The translations under genes and the position numbers were made by a program. A stretch of 27,569 nucleotides of DNA from positions 62,001 through 89,569 of the forward strand of contig JBFLGF010000131.1 in the NCBI GenBank assembly GCA_050230475.1, in the 5' to 3' direction. Within the stretch, counting starts at the first letter, position 1. Every line of letters begins with the position of its first letter. This stretch comes from Ancylonema sp. (taxonomy: Eukaryota). This document shows positions 1 to 11,051 of the stretch, one piece after another. The notes below the pieces were generated by a model. The model did no database searches. It saw only the letters and a list, made by a program, of their open reading frames with translations, and was not told where the DNA came from.

Positions 1-462
1 TAAAGTATTTAAAGGTCACTTAGACGTTGTTATTTGATAACGGAAGGCTGGTGGATGTACAAGACTTTGAAGATGTAAAAACATCTTTGTGCGCAGTGCT
101 ACCGAGAGGTTTACACCACATGTACTTCTTATCGAAAAGCTAAGTGAAAGAAGCATGATCAATTATCAATTGGAATAATTTTCGAATAAATTATGACGGT
201 ATAAAGAAAGCATCATATGTAACATGCGTATCGAAACGGCTATGTATATCAATTTGGTCATCGACATAAAGGAGATATTCAACGATTTTGTTGGGAGCCC
301 AAAAAAAAACAAAACATCCAATCGCAATTGAAATGTCAAGCCACTTTCACACTTCCATACATGACTTGGCTTGTCGCCTAACAACATGACGTACGGAAAT
401 ACTTGCGGTGTATTAACTACGAAGCGAAAAGAAAACCAATGCTTAAGGAAGTCGATGGAAGG

Positions 463-760
463 GTTAGGGGGCAGGCCAGGGTAGAGTAGCCGTCGGTGAA
501 CTTCCTGTAGAAGTTGGCAAAGCCAAGGAACAACTGCACCTCATTGACTGACTGGGGAATTGGCCAGTCAAGGAGGGAAGCCACCTTGGCCGGATCCATC
601 TCCACCCCAGCTGGTGAGATCTTGTAGCCTAGGAAGGCGATGTCATCCACGTGGAACTCGCACTTCTCCGGTTTAGTGTAGAGCTTGTGCTTCCGTAGGA
701 CTGCACGGACGTGGGGGACGTGTTCCTCCTCGGTGTCAGAGTAAATGAAAATGTCGTCTT
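463..760 (-). pseudogene. Ty3/gypsy (Tf2/chromovirus-like) reverse transcriptase C-terminal fragment
   Basis: ORF 417..839 contains DDIFIYS...EEH..HVRAVL...[11 protein letters not shown]...FLGYKIS...MDPAKV...[24 protein letters not shown]...LACPLT, typical gypsy RT palm/thumb sequence. The flanking residues are unrelated. Confidence 0.92.
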
Positions 761-2819
761 GACATCGAGGTACTCGCGGAAGACGTCTGTGATGAATGCC
801 GCGGATACAGTATAAAAACGTGATATAGCGGTTGCTCATATGAAACGAGTTTTCAGTTCAACGTTCTCAAATACATTTCACCGATGCTCCTACATTTATT
901 ATACATCTTCATTCACTTGCAATGCGTGATGTGCAAGTGCATTGAGATACACCAATCCACATAATGATTAAACGTGTTCTATTCAAAGAAATTGACGAAT
1001 AGAGTGATACGTACAGCAAATGCACTTGGCTTCCACAAATATTCATTACCCAATGCATTATGGATTTTTTTCATCCGTATTTCCTTATAATAAGGATCGT
1101 TTGTGCAATGGCAAAGCTAGTAGTTGATGCCTCTAGAGTGTTCATTGTCAGTGTGAGATTATTGTGAGTTATAATTTCTAAAAGATGCAATCCTTACATG
1201 TAACAATATTTAGGGTACACATTTTTAAAAAATACGCGATCCCCCCTCCCCCAAATGCCAAAAATACAATGCGCAAAAGACGGTACTTTCTAACCCCAAA
1301 GTATTGATGGAACGCAACATATTTCGTAACCCTAAAAAATGTAGGGTGGTGTTCATTTTTAGGCGAGAAAAATAAACATAGGTTTAATTCAGAATGCATA
1401 CCATATGACACGCCACATGCATTAGCTTAGAAGTCGTATCGAATTTTGTTTTATTTCCTTTCCCAATAGACGCAAAACATCCTCAAATCTAGTCAACCGG
1501 TCTTGGACCATTCAAGTCCGTGATCAAATGCGGATTGTCTCCGACCATGTGGCCCTAGACCCACCTATGATTCACAACATAGGCGGTCCCAATCCAATCG
1601 GGGATTTCTAATCTCATGCCACTTCGGTCTCGACTCGATCCGCGTCACAACACCATCTTTACTTGAAAGTTGAGGGGGAGAAGAGATCGTTGTATGTACA
1701 CAATATGGCGTAAAATATAAATGATCGTATTCCCACGCCCTCCTCCCCTTGGTTGGGCCCGATCTGAATCAACCACTTTACTAGCCATGCATAATGACCC
1801 TCAAATAATTATGAGAAGGGCGGGTCGGGTTGAATTCATTTTTTTTTTGTTGGGTGAAAAAGTGGCTCATTATATATTGTGGGTCACTTGATAACAACTA
1901 TTTCAAAAGTTTTGTTTTTTTTCTCCAGATGCGCAGGTGGGTCATGTGGTGGTTCGTGAGCTAAAATTAATTTATTTTAGGACACCACGGTCATGACGTA
2001 TGGCCAATACGATGTTTCCGACGTCACGCCGAACCGGATAAGATCGATCTAGCTCCAATCGAGATGGGTTCGGGAGATCCAACACACCTGAAGATACACA
2101 TCACTGGATGACGGAGCATTCGCCATACACGATTCGTGTTCTATTTTACTCCAAGTGAAGTAATTCCAACCTTTTAAGTACAAAAGTTTTCAAACCAAAC
2201 AAAAACTACATCAAACCCCGAAGAAATACTAGCCTGTCAACTTTGACTCCCTCTCAAATGCTTCCTCTCATTCTATCACTTCTACAACACAACCACACGG
2301 TACTAAAAGGCTCCAATTGCCCAACTCCACAATTGCACAATTGCACAATTCAAACCACCCCACCCACCCACCTACCCACCCGTTCTCGTACTCTTATGGA
2401 TCATCCTAACGATCAACTCACCACCACACTTGTCTAAGTCCCTCGACAAATAACGCCACTTCGTAATGGCCCCCTTGCTAAACCCTTACAAAAAAGACAC
2501 CTTCTACTCCACATACAGCGGATTGCCATGACACACTCCCCCCCCCACCTTCAAAACATCCACTCCCTTCTCAAAACGTCTTCTTCAACATAATTTAATT
2601 TCGAAACTCGCACGTTTACAGAGGGCACATCTGACTTGCATTGGGTAGCGGTGAAATCCGACTTGAACGGATTGTAGGCGCCTGTAGAAAAACAACCAAC
2701 GAAACTACCACATCGGAATTTGTGACTTGAAACATACATTCGTGTCGCTGCACATCTTGGTGATGTGGCGCTACGAAAACGACACACACACAAACGGCCC
2801 CACAAGGTCTTTGCAGCCA

Positions 2820-2961
2820 CTCGTTCCTCATTCTTCATTCCTCACTTCTCACTCCTCATTCCTCGTTCCTCGTTCCTCGTTCCTCGTTCCTCATTGCTCA
2901 ATGATCATTGCTCATTGCTCATTCCTCATTCCTTGTTCCTTATTCGTCATTTCTCATTCCT
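2820..2961 (+). repeat. Degenerate 7-bp tandem repeat (TTCCTCA/TTCCTCG/TTGCTCA)n
   Basis: Directly visible, e.g. ctcattcctcgttcctcgttcctcgttcctcgttcctcattgctca. Confidence 0.9.
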
Positions 2962-3218
2962 CTACCACGAGAGGTAATTGAGAAATAAGGTGAAGGTGGT
3001 TAAGACTTTCATCTCAGAATTAGGAATAAGACAAACGATTGATGAAAATTTTCCGTTGGTGAAATTATTGTAATCGGCATCATTGAGGGTTGAGCCCACA
3101 ACGATGGTGGGGTCATAGTGAAGCCTGCAAGTCGAGCGATCAAAAGGTAAGTCAAACGATCGTCACAAATTCGAGTAGACGCGACAAGAATGGCGTTAGG
3201 GGTTCCAAGAAATTCATC

Positions 3219-3647
3219 TTAAGCGTGCCAAGTGTAGGCCGCTCCAAGCACGTTCGGATCGGTGGAGGTCATGGACAAGGTGTACGTGAGAGTGGGGGGG
3301 ATGGCGTTGTACACGGGCGCAAGCACCCCGCCTCCAAAAAACGGGTACCTCCATCCCGCGTCGTTGTTTGGCAGGCTCACATACCACATGTTGGTCGAAA
3401 AGAAGACGGTGGGCGTAGTGACTGCGTCCGTGAATGTGACGGTAGCTCCATAGAGTCTCGAATCGCCGTTGGTGTAACCGTCGACCCCTGTGAGGCTGTG
3501 CGAGATGGTGATGGTTGCGTTGTTGGGTTGGGTGCCGCTCGCACTCACGAGTGCGCCCACGGTGACAGAGAAGAAGTAGTAGCGACCCAACACAAGAAGG
3601 CTAGTGCGGGCGGTGGTGGAGGAACCCTGGGCGGGTGGAGGGCACAT
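3219..3647 (-). CDS. Unknown Thr/Gly/aromatic-rich, probably beta-rich protein, possibly a terminal exon
   Basis: 142 uninterrupted codons with protein-like alternating hydrophobic patterns (YFFSVTVG, ATITISHS, TLTYTLSM). A pyrimidine-rich stretch ending in CAG near 3630 could be a splice acceptor. Confidence 0.5.
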   Translation of the reverse strand: MCPPPAQGSSTTARTSLLVLGRYYFFSVTVGALVSASGTQPNNATITISHSLTGVDGYTNGDSRLYGATVTFTDAVTTPTVFFSTNMWYVSLPNNDAGWRYPFFGGGVLAPVYNAIPPTLTYTLSMTSTDPNVLGAAYTWHA

Positions 3648-3784
3648 TTATCACAAGGGGGAGAGGAGGCATAGATGCGAGGATGCGTACACGCGATTGA
3701 GATAGACAACCGCGCGTTTATACGCATCCCCATAGTGGGTACATCTACGGGAGGGCTACTTCCAATGGAGAGTACAACACAGTA

Positions 3785-4558
3785 TCGCCTGTTGGTTTAG
3801 GAGCATTGTATGGAGTAGATGGAGTGTATGAAGGTAGTTTAGGCGATCTGATGATCCCAGCTGCGCGGTTTTCACCGTCTTGTTTCATACGTAGTAATTC
3901 AGCCTTGTTGGCTTTCTCCATAATCTCCTTCCGTGGGATAGGAGGATCCGGTGGATTCTTGTAATACCTTTCCTCTGATTCACGGAAATGCCAGTCGTTG
4001 ATATAGGGCTGTAGTGGTAGAGGAATATGTGGTAGATACCTCCTAGCCAGTTGTTCTTCTGTCATGGCTCCTGCCTCTTGAACAATTGTTGCTGGTTCGT
4101 TGAAGCGTGCAAATATGGTTGCAACACTGTCGTTGGGTCGTGCTGAAAATGTTTCGATCTGAGTGACAAACTCTGCAGCTGAAGCTCGAAAACGATTTTT
4201 GATGGTAGTGATGAACGGTTCCAAATCTGTTGGTTTTGCTGCCGATACTGTGGGTTTGATTGGTGCATGCTGTCCATCCAGTCGATCTTGCCCCATACGC
4301 TGTGCGCGTTGTTGAGTTCGGTCTAACTGTCTCAAACTATCGAAGAACTCATATTGTTTGACCCCAGTTTCTCCAGTATATGTTGGTAGTGGCGTTGGGT
4401 TGGCCATGGTCTGTCCCACCTTTTATCTTGTGTTGATAAATGGATGGTGTTGCAACGCTTGGTGGCGTTGTAGTGGGAATAGTGGTCGATGATCCAGCCA
4501 GAGGTGCTGTGGTGTCGACGATGTGGTCGTCTGTGTCAATAATCAAAACAGGTTTCAA
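3785..4558 (-). pseudogene. Gypsy-like gag (family X), frameshifted near 4420 and 3'-truncated
   Basis: LPTYTGETG...FFDSL, then ETFSARPNDSVATIFARFNE...EEQLARRY, resembling retrotransposon capsid motifs. It lies downstream of the minus-strand LTR 4779-5983. Confidence 0.65.
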
Positions 4559-4778
4559 GTTAATGGAGCCTGTAGGTAGGCGTGATCGACAATATCAGCA
4601 AATTTAGTTATCTCTAGTTTGGTTAATCTTCCTCTACTATCCCGTGACCACTGCATACACTACTCTTGCGAGCACATTGAATGCGAAAAAAAAAAAAAAA
4701 AATGTCTTAAAAAAAAATTAAAAAAAAATCCAGGCAATTAACTTTTTTTAAACTGGACAAGAGCTTCCGCGGTCGGAT

Positions 4779-5983
4779 TGAAGTAATATTGAAGATTGAG
4801 TCTCTGCTGAGATATCAAATTATATCTATCACACGTCTCAGCGGTCTGGTGAAATTCACTCTTAACGCCGAGGGCGAGCTAACATATGGTTTATATATAA
4901 ACAAGATAGTATGGTGCAGACTGTAGGTAGGCGCCGTAAGAGTTACTTTCGGTGCGAAAGCAATGTATCGACGGCGCGTCGATAAAAGATGTTGGCTCGG
5001 AAATTGCGTCAACAGAGAGGTATTTACAAAATGCTGGTTCGGAGCGAACGACAGCAAACACACCACACACAAATGAAAGTGCCAGTTCGGAGCGAATCAA
5101 TATCGAAAGATGTTTAACACACACACGCACGCTTGCTGTCTCAGAAGAGCGTGAATCGATGTAAGAAATTACAGTCGATTAATAAGCTGGCCCAAAAAGA
5201 GCGTCAGCAACAGATTCAGTGAATCGTTGTACACACACACTGATTGCAAAGAATGATTTGCAATCTTACCGGCTACGGAGGCCAAGCGGAGTCGGAAGAC
5301 GAGCACGTTGCGAAGTCGCGTAAGCAAAGGGATGCAATATTCACAAAATTGCGAAGAATTCAGATTACAGAAGATTGTTGGAAGGGATTTCTTAACAGCG
5401 CAATCTGACAGCGGAAGCTAGCAGATCTGAAAGTACAATTTTACTTTTATCACAAAGTTGTTGCGCGGTGCTAACTCGAGTTAAACTGTCGAAGATCACG
5501 ACAGGCTGGCTTCTAGAACATTATAATTCATCTCGGCGCGAAATATTACTCTAGTTCTACGGCTGGATTTAATCGCCGGGATTATCGACAAGTCGAAAGA
5601 GACTTGTGATTTTAACAAAATCGATACGCAGCTATTTATTGAAGACTGCTAGATTCTAGACTTCGGAAAATACGCCACGCGTTATTTTCAAGTCGTACAA
5701 ATTTCGTACTTCAGTATTTTCTCAACAAAGTACTAATTCTAGAAAGTCGTTATCATTATAAGAGTATTAATCTAGATCTCAGATAAAACTTCTGAGCGTA
5801 AAGATTGCTCTTTTAACCAGACAGCACAACCGCTGCTGGCGCCGCACAAGTGATAAGACTAAACCTCAATCTTATCGACAACTTATCACCAAGTGTAAAG
5901 TGCCAAACAACAAAATATATCATATCAGAACTAATCAAGACTAATTCGATATAACAATCGACACTTGCCGGAAAATCCTCTCA
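4779..5983 (-). mobile_element. Family X LTR (probable 5' LTR of the minus-strand gag element)
   Basis: 4781-5020 is an inverted match to ~9975-10245 and 5555-5695 is an inverted match to ~15950-16105. Putative start TGAGAG at 5983(-). The end is either ...ATCTCA (4808) or ...ACTTCA (4779). Confidence 0.65.
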
Positions 5984-6020
5984 GGGTAACGACCAAGTTC
6001 CCAGTATCCAAAACAAGATC

Positions 6021-7370
6021 AATGAATTTGTTCGGCGACAAATATTTGTTGTCGAACCCGGTGCACGCTCTGACGAAAATTCACACTCGACATGAACGGC
6101 CTCCAAGGTCTGTGTCTTCGTACCTTTCACTGCGGGCTGTTAAATACACGATTTGTCCGCTCTTCACCTTCAAAATTGCGATGAAATCTTGTCTACCAGC
6201 ATCACCGACACAACAACGGAGCACATGGACGCACTCTTCCGTCAAAAAGGCAACTCTGGCGGTAACTATCATACGGAGGAGCGCACCTACACACAAGATC
6301 ATCGTCTCGCTCCATCCTCGCTGGATACACTACAATTTCGCAAAATTCAACTGCACATTTTCTACACCCACATCGGCACACCCGAGTACCCTCCACGGAC
6401 GAGGAACGTGGCGCGTGCATTCCTTGGCAAATGCAGAAGTAGGCAACAGTCAAAACCAGGGTGTGGACTACGCGTACATGGCAGACCCGGGAGCCGCTCA
6501 AACTTCTGCAACCGGTTGTCTGGTGAATCATAAAAAACCGCAAACCAACCGCTTGAGTAGGACCTAACATGCGGCATCGGATGGAAACCCGGTATCGGGG
6601 TGTTGTTCGATGCACCATCTCAGCAGTACGTGCCACCTTCTCCATTCGACGGAGCAAGCTCTGGACGACCTGTGGGATACACAGCTTCAGCATCACCGAC
6701 GCCATGCGCGCCTCCCACCTAGGCCACATAATGGACAACGACTCAAATGTTCCTGGCGGAAACGGCCACCCCTCACCTCGGAACAAAGGTGTTTACAACT
6801 CTGGGGGGGAGGGACAACGGTCAACTCTTGATCCAACCAATCTGTCAACCTACACGGACGGAACAAATCCAAATCCAAAGTCAACAGTCAAAACCAAACT
6901 ACGCGCAAACCCATTACCTAGTCTAACATGGCATCGAAACCCGGTCCACGACCACGAGTAACACTCAACCAAATCAGCAACGGTCAACCTTGACTGGTCC
7001 ACGAATACGGTCCTTACCTAGTCAACCTAACACTCGGGATCGAACATCAACCATACCAGACCTACCGAACATCACCTGGATATCAAACCAACCGAGACGA
7101 CAATCTCAACCAACATCTCATGCCTCTTACCACATGAGGAAACACCATAAAAAATAGCATGAAGATTTCTCTTTCCTCAACCACACTTTTAAATACCAAC
7201 TATCGGAACCACCCTCAGTACCACCTGTACAACTACATTTTTCTTTATCACCATATTCTACCTCGCTATCGACACTCTCGGATTCTCTCAGTATACCCGA
7301 TAGTCTACCAGACTTGCTGGAAGTACCATCTTCCCCAGATTATGACCATACCATTTATACATATTTGGAA
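6021..7370 (+). pseudogene. DNMT-like (C5 methyltransferase fold) retrotransposon cargo ORF, copy 1, multiply frameshifted
   Basis: Across frames: IFVVEPGARSD / TLDM / CDEILSTSITDTTTEHMDALFRQKG..GGNYHTEER / SLHPRW / IFYTHIGTPEYP..NVARAFLG / FDAPSQQYVPPSPFD-EQAL-GRPVGYT / MRASHLGHIMD / LYNYIFLYH. All are colinear with copy 2. Confidence 0.65.
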
Positions 7371-7374
7371 ATCG

Positions 7375-9536
7375 ATGAGAAGAAGAGATGTGGTCATGCA
7401 GAAGCTATCATCGCTGAAATCTCTGAAGGAAATGTTGCAGATGATGATGATGCAGAGAAAGATTTCCTTTTCGACGATGGTTCCAGTCACCATTCCTGTG
7501 GACAAAAAAATCTTTTCAAAATCCTCGAAGACATTCCACACGAGGTCCTCATGCATCATCTGGTCGGAAGTGTGCGAGTGAAGCAGTGGGGAACAATTGA
7601 GCTAATATTGAGGGAGAGTGTGGAGGAGTAACACTCAAGAAATGTTTTGTACATTCCTGGGATGCGCATTAATTTGTTCAGCGGTCAGAAAGCGAGAGAA
7701 GCGGGGTGGTCTTACACTTGCAGTGGAAAAGCTGGTGGCATCATTCCAGTTTACAACAAATCTGGACAACAAGTCTGCACTCTGCAAGAAACATCGAGGT
7801 CGAAAAACTCTAATCTGCACACCGGTTCGACATCAGCAATTTTACTGAAGGGGAAGCTGTTGTAGCTGCTGTCGAAATCATTCTCCTGCAAACAAGACTT
7901 GGGCATGCAAATGAGAGAGTGCTCAAAAATGTGGCACGACAACATCTTGTACGAGGACTGGAAGGAGGCATCTCAGGAGTTCTGCGAAACTGTGAAGGGT
8001 GCAAGTTGGGGAAGGCACACGACAAACCTCATCCTCGACGAGAAGTTGGTGAAGGAGAACAAGTCTTCCTGGGAAGAGTGTCGGTGGACTTGGCAGGGCC
8101 GTTCAATCCAGCATCAATACGGGAAGGAGTGTACAACATGGTGCTCGTCGATGAATACAGCCGAAAATCCTGGGTGGAAATACTTCGCAGCAAAGATGAT
8201 GCAACTCCTCAACTGAAACAAGATCGGACTGGGAAAATGAGTGCGCTGGCTTGGCTTGGTGTGTTAGTTGGATGGAATCCCGACACTCCTTGCTACCGAG
8301 TCTGGGATCCTCTGCAACGAACAAAAAATACACAACGTTGGCACTGGTCATGCAGACTTCGATGAATGTGCCAAGCAAAGCTGGTGGAGGGGTCAGAAAA
8401 TTGGCAAGAAGGCAAGAGTGCATGAGCTAGTTACAGAAACAAAAATGTCATGGCCAGATCTGGATGCAGCTGATCAAGGAGCAGGAGGGGGTAGTGTTGG
8501 CCTCGGAGGGGGCATTTCTGGAGGTGGACAACGTGCCTATGGCGATCCAACAAATTCTGTCGATGAAGACCCTGATGTTGTGGGAAATCCATTGCCACAG
8601 CTTCCGAGATCCCCTCTTCCTCAGAGTGCAGATCTTCCAAAACTTGTCAGCAATTATAGTGGAGGCGATGAAGACGAGAAGATCATCTGGAAGCTGGCAG
8701 AATGGTATCCTGCTGATGCTACTCCTCTTGAGCTGGGTGTAAAATTTTATGCAAACTGTGAATCTGCTTCTGAATCTGCTGGAATACAGGGTGTGGGCTA
8801 CAAGTCTGCAATGGGCAATTTGTTGTATCTCACTTCTGGAACAAGACCTGATCTGGCAGCTGCTGTTAACTCCTTGTGTCGATACAGTCAGCAGCCAGGG
8901 GACAAGCATTGGGAGGGGGCAAAGAGAGTTTTGCGATATCTCAAGGAAACTGTCAATTTGGGGCTGATGTATAAGAAAAGAGGTGATTTGCTAGTCATCG
9001 GTTACTCAGCTGCTAGTCATGGTGACGACGTCGACACTAAGAAGGGGAGAACTGGCTATGTCTTTCTTACTAGAGGAGCTGCTGTGAGCTGGAAAAGTGG
9101 TCTCCTGGAAACAGTCACACACTCAAGCTGTGAAAGTAAGTATTTGGCATTGAGTGCTGCTGGAAATGAGGCCATTTATTTGAGCTAGATGCAAAAGGAG
9201 TTGGGTATTGGTGGGGGGGGTGTGCTATTGCTGGGAGACAATGAGAGTTCTTTGAATCTTGCTGAGAATCCTATTTTTCACAAGCGCTCCAAACACATCG
9301 AGATCAAGTATCATTCCATTCGAGAGAGGGTGTCCAAGAAAAAGATCAGTCTACAGTTTGTCAAGAATAGAGCAGGCTGCTGATATGTTGACATCCAGTG
9401 TGTCTGTCAAGGTGTTGAAGAAGAATTGTGATCTGGTGGGGGGTGTATTAGTGTGAGTTTTTGTCGACTTGTGTTTGTAAAATCGATATCGTTTTGGTTT
9501 TTTGGAGGGGGAATACAAAAGTACCCAAGGAGGGGG
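7375..9536 (+). mobile_element. Ty1/copia retrotransposon internal region, 5'-truncated and internally deleted, with stops and frameshifts
   Basis: Protease-like FLFDDGSSHH; pre-integrase RLGH...CEGCKLGK; integrase start VDLAGPF..LVDEYSRKSWV; RT C-terminus YKSAMGNLLYL..TRPDLA; RNase H GYSAASH...SSCESKY...GDNESS...HKRSKHIEIKYH..ADMLT; PPT aaggaggggg at 9527-9536 followed by TGTT. Confidence 0.92.
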
Positions 9537-9680
9537 TGTTAGTTTTTAGGGGCTGTGAACTTTTGTCGTTATATCGATTTTAGCAATACCGGGAATTTAG
9601 ATTTAATTTTGTCGTTATTCAGCAAATGCAGGATGCAGGCAGGCTGCAGGCCGGCTGCAGGCCGATGTCCTTGTTTCAAT
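9537..9680 (+). mobile_element. Probable start of the copia 3' LTR (end not definable)
   Basis: TG immediately after the PPT. No second copy in the window to fix the boundary. Confidence 0.45.
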
Positions 9681-9819
9681 GATTACTTGGCCATCTGGCA
9701 CAAGTAAGAACTAGTTGATGTGGCACAATGCTTAGATATGATTGGCAATTGACGAAGTAGTTTCGATAGGAGTATATTCTTTGACCAGGCAACAATCGAC
9801 TGTACTAGGTCTGAGCTTG

Positions 9820-10246
9820 TATGCTGAATTCTGTAATCAGACTTTTCTACTTCAAACTTGCACTTTTGTGTTGTGTCAACGTTTGTAATGACGTGATTTG
9901 TCGATTCAAGTTGTCTGAGAGAATTGTGCTTTATTCTTGCATTGATGGCAGAAGAAAGCACTCACAGTAAACACCTGTCTGCTGACGCTCTTTCTGAGCC
10001 AGCATCTTTTATCGACGCGCCGTCGATACTTTGCTTTCGTACCGAAAGTAACTCTTACGGCTGCTAACCTTGATAGTGTGCACCAGACTATCTTGTTTGT
10101 TTTATAATATTTTCACAGACTTTTGTATTATAAACCATATGTTAGCTCGCCCTCGGCGTTAAGTAGTGAATTTCACCAGACCGCTGAGACGTGTGATATA
10201 TAATATATTGATATCTCAACAGAGACCCAATCTGCAATACTACTTA
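9820..10246 (+). mobile_element. Family X LTR, 3' part
   Basis: 9975-10245 is a near-continuous inverted match to 4781-5020. Contains TATA-like tattataa (~10126) and the gctgacgctctttctgagccagc subrepeat. The left boundary is approximate. Confidence 0.75.
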
Positions 10247-10247
10247 G

Positions 10248-10500
10248 TGAGAGCAGCCGGACCCGCCAAGTCCTCAGACCCTTACCCTTCAATCACCTAC
10301 GAACATCATCGACACCAACCGAGTCGACATCATCGCTACTCCACCGCGAGCATTACCACATGCATCATTCTGAGAAACATCCGGGAACAAAGGGAACAAA
10401 GTATGTAGAATATCATTCCGGGCGGCCGACTCCAAACAGTTCGTCAAAGCGATATTAACGGGAAAAAAAGGGAATCCAGGAGTCCTCCTTTCCCTACGAT
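10248..10500 (+). mobile_element. Start of another family X-like LTR
   Basis: tgagagcagccgg matches the PPT-adjacent LTR start tgagagcaaccgg at 15566. Similarity further on is weak. Confidence 0.45.
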
Positions 10501-10959
10501 CCTCCACCACGACCTACGGTCGTGGATTCATTGCGGTCCTGAACCAGGATTGTAAGAAATTATTTACAGTATTATGCCCACATGAATACTAAGAGAGACA
10601 TATGATCTCTTTCTCTCTCTTTAACGTTGGTAACTCTCGGAAACAAAATAAGTGAATCATGCTTTGAAAACTTTTGAATTCATCTCACTTGATCGACCCG
10701 TGGTTTCATTTAAATAATCGAATGGATGAAAAGGTGAAGAGTGTCGCTTACAACGGTGGGCCGCCTTGATGTTTCAGATTGGAAGACAACCCTTTGAGGT
10801 AAGTGTTGCTCACGTTCTTGCCGACTCCCATTGTCACCCCGATCCATAAAACATTCATGGTAGCATGATAGTGACGGTGCCCCTTGGAGTGAGAGACAAA
10901 GGCGCATCACTCAAGTAGTTGAAAAGCGAGAAGTCAAATAGTCAAGTAATTTAAAAGCG

Positions 10960-11051
10960 AGTAGTCATAGTAGTCATAGTAGTCATAGTAGTCATCGTAG
11001 TCATCGTAGTCATAGTAGTCAAGTAGTCAAGTATTCAAGTATTCAAGTAGT
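10960..11051 (+). repeat. Tandem repeat (GTAGTCATA/C)n grading into (GTAGTCAA/GTATTCAA)n
   Basis: Directly visible 9-bp then 8-bp units. Confidence 0.9.

Noticed and set aside
1205..1345. Telomere-like TTTAGGG/CCCTAAA motifs or a MITE terminal inverted repeat
   Set aside because: Isolated single motifs, too short, and no TSD identified
1..2800. Short coding-like or exon-like stretches outside the RT fragment (e.g. 20-143 +, 2600-2775 -)
   Set aside because: No recognisable homology and too short to support a call
3090..3674. 194-aa plus-strand ORF
   Set aside because: Probable antisense shadow of the more protein-like ORF 3219..3647
6801..6815. G-rich tract as a PPT for copy 1
   Set aside because: Not followed by TG, and homology to copy 2 continues downstream to ~7370
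10300..10345. IIDT..VD peptide similar to the gag N-terminal region at ~4540
   Set aside because: Too short, and the segment is better explained as LTR sequence
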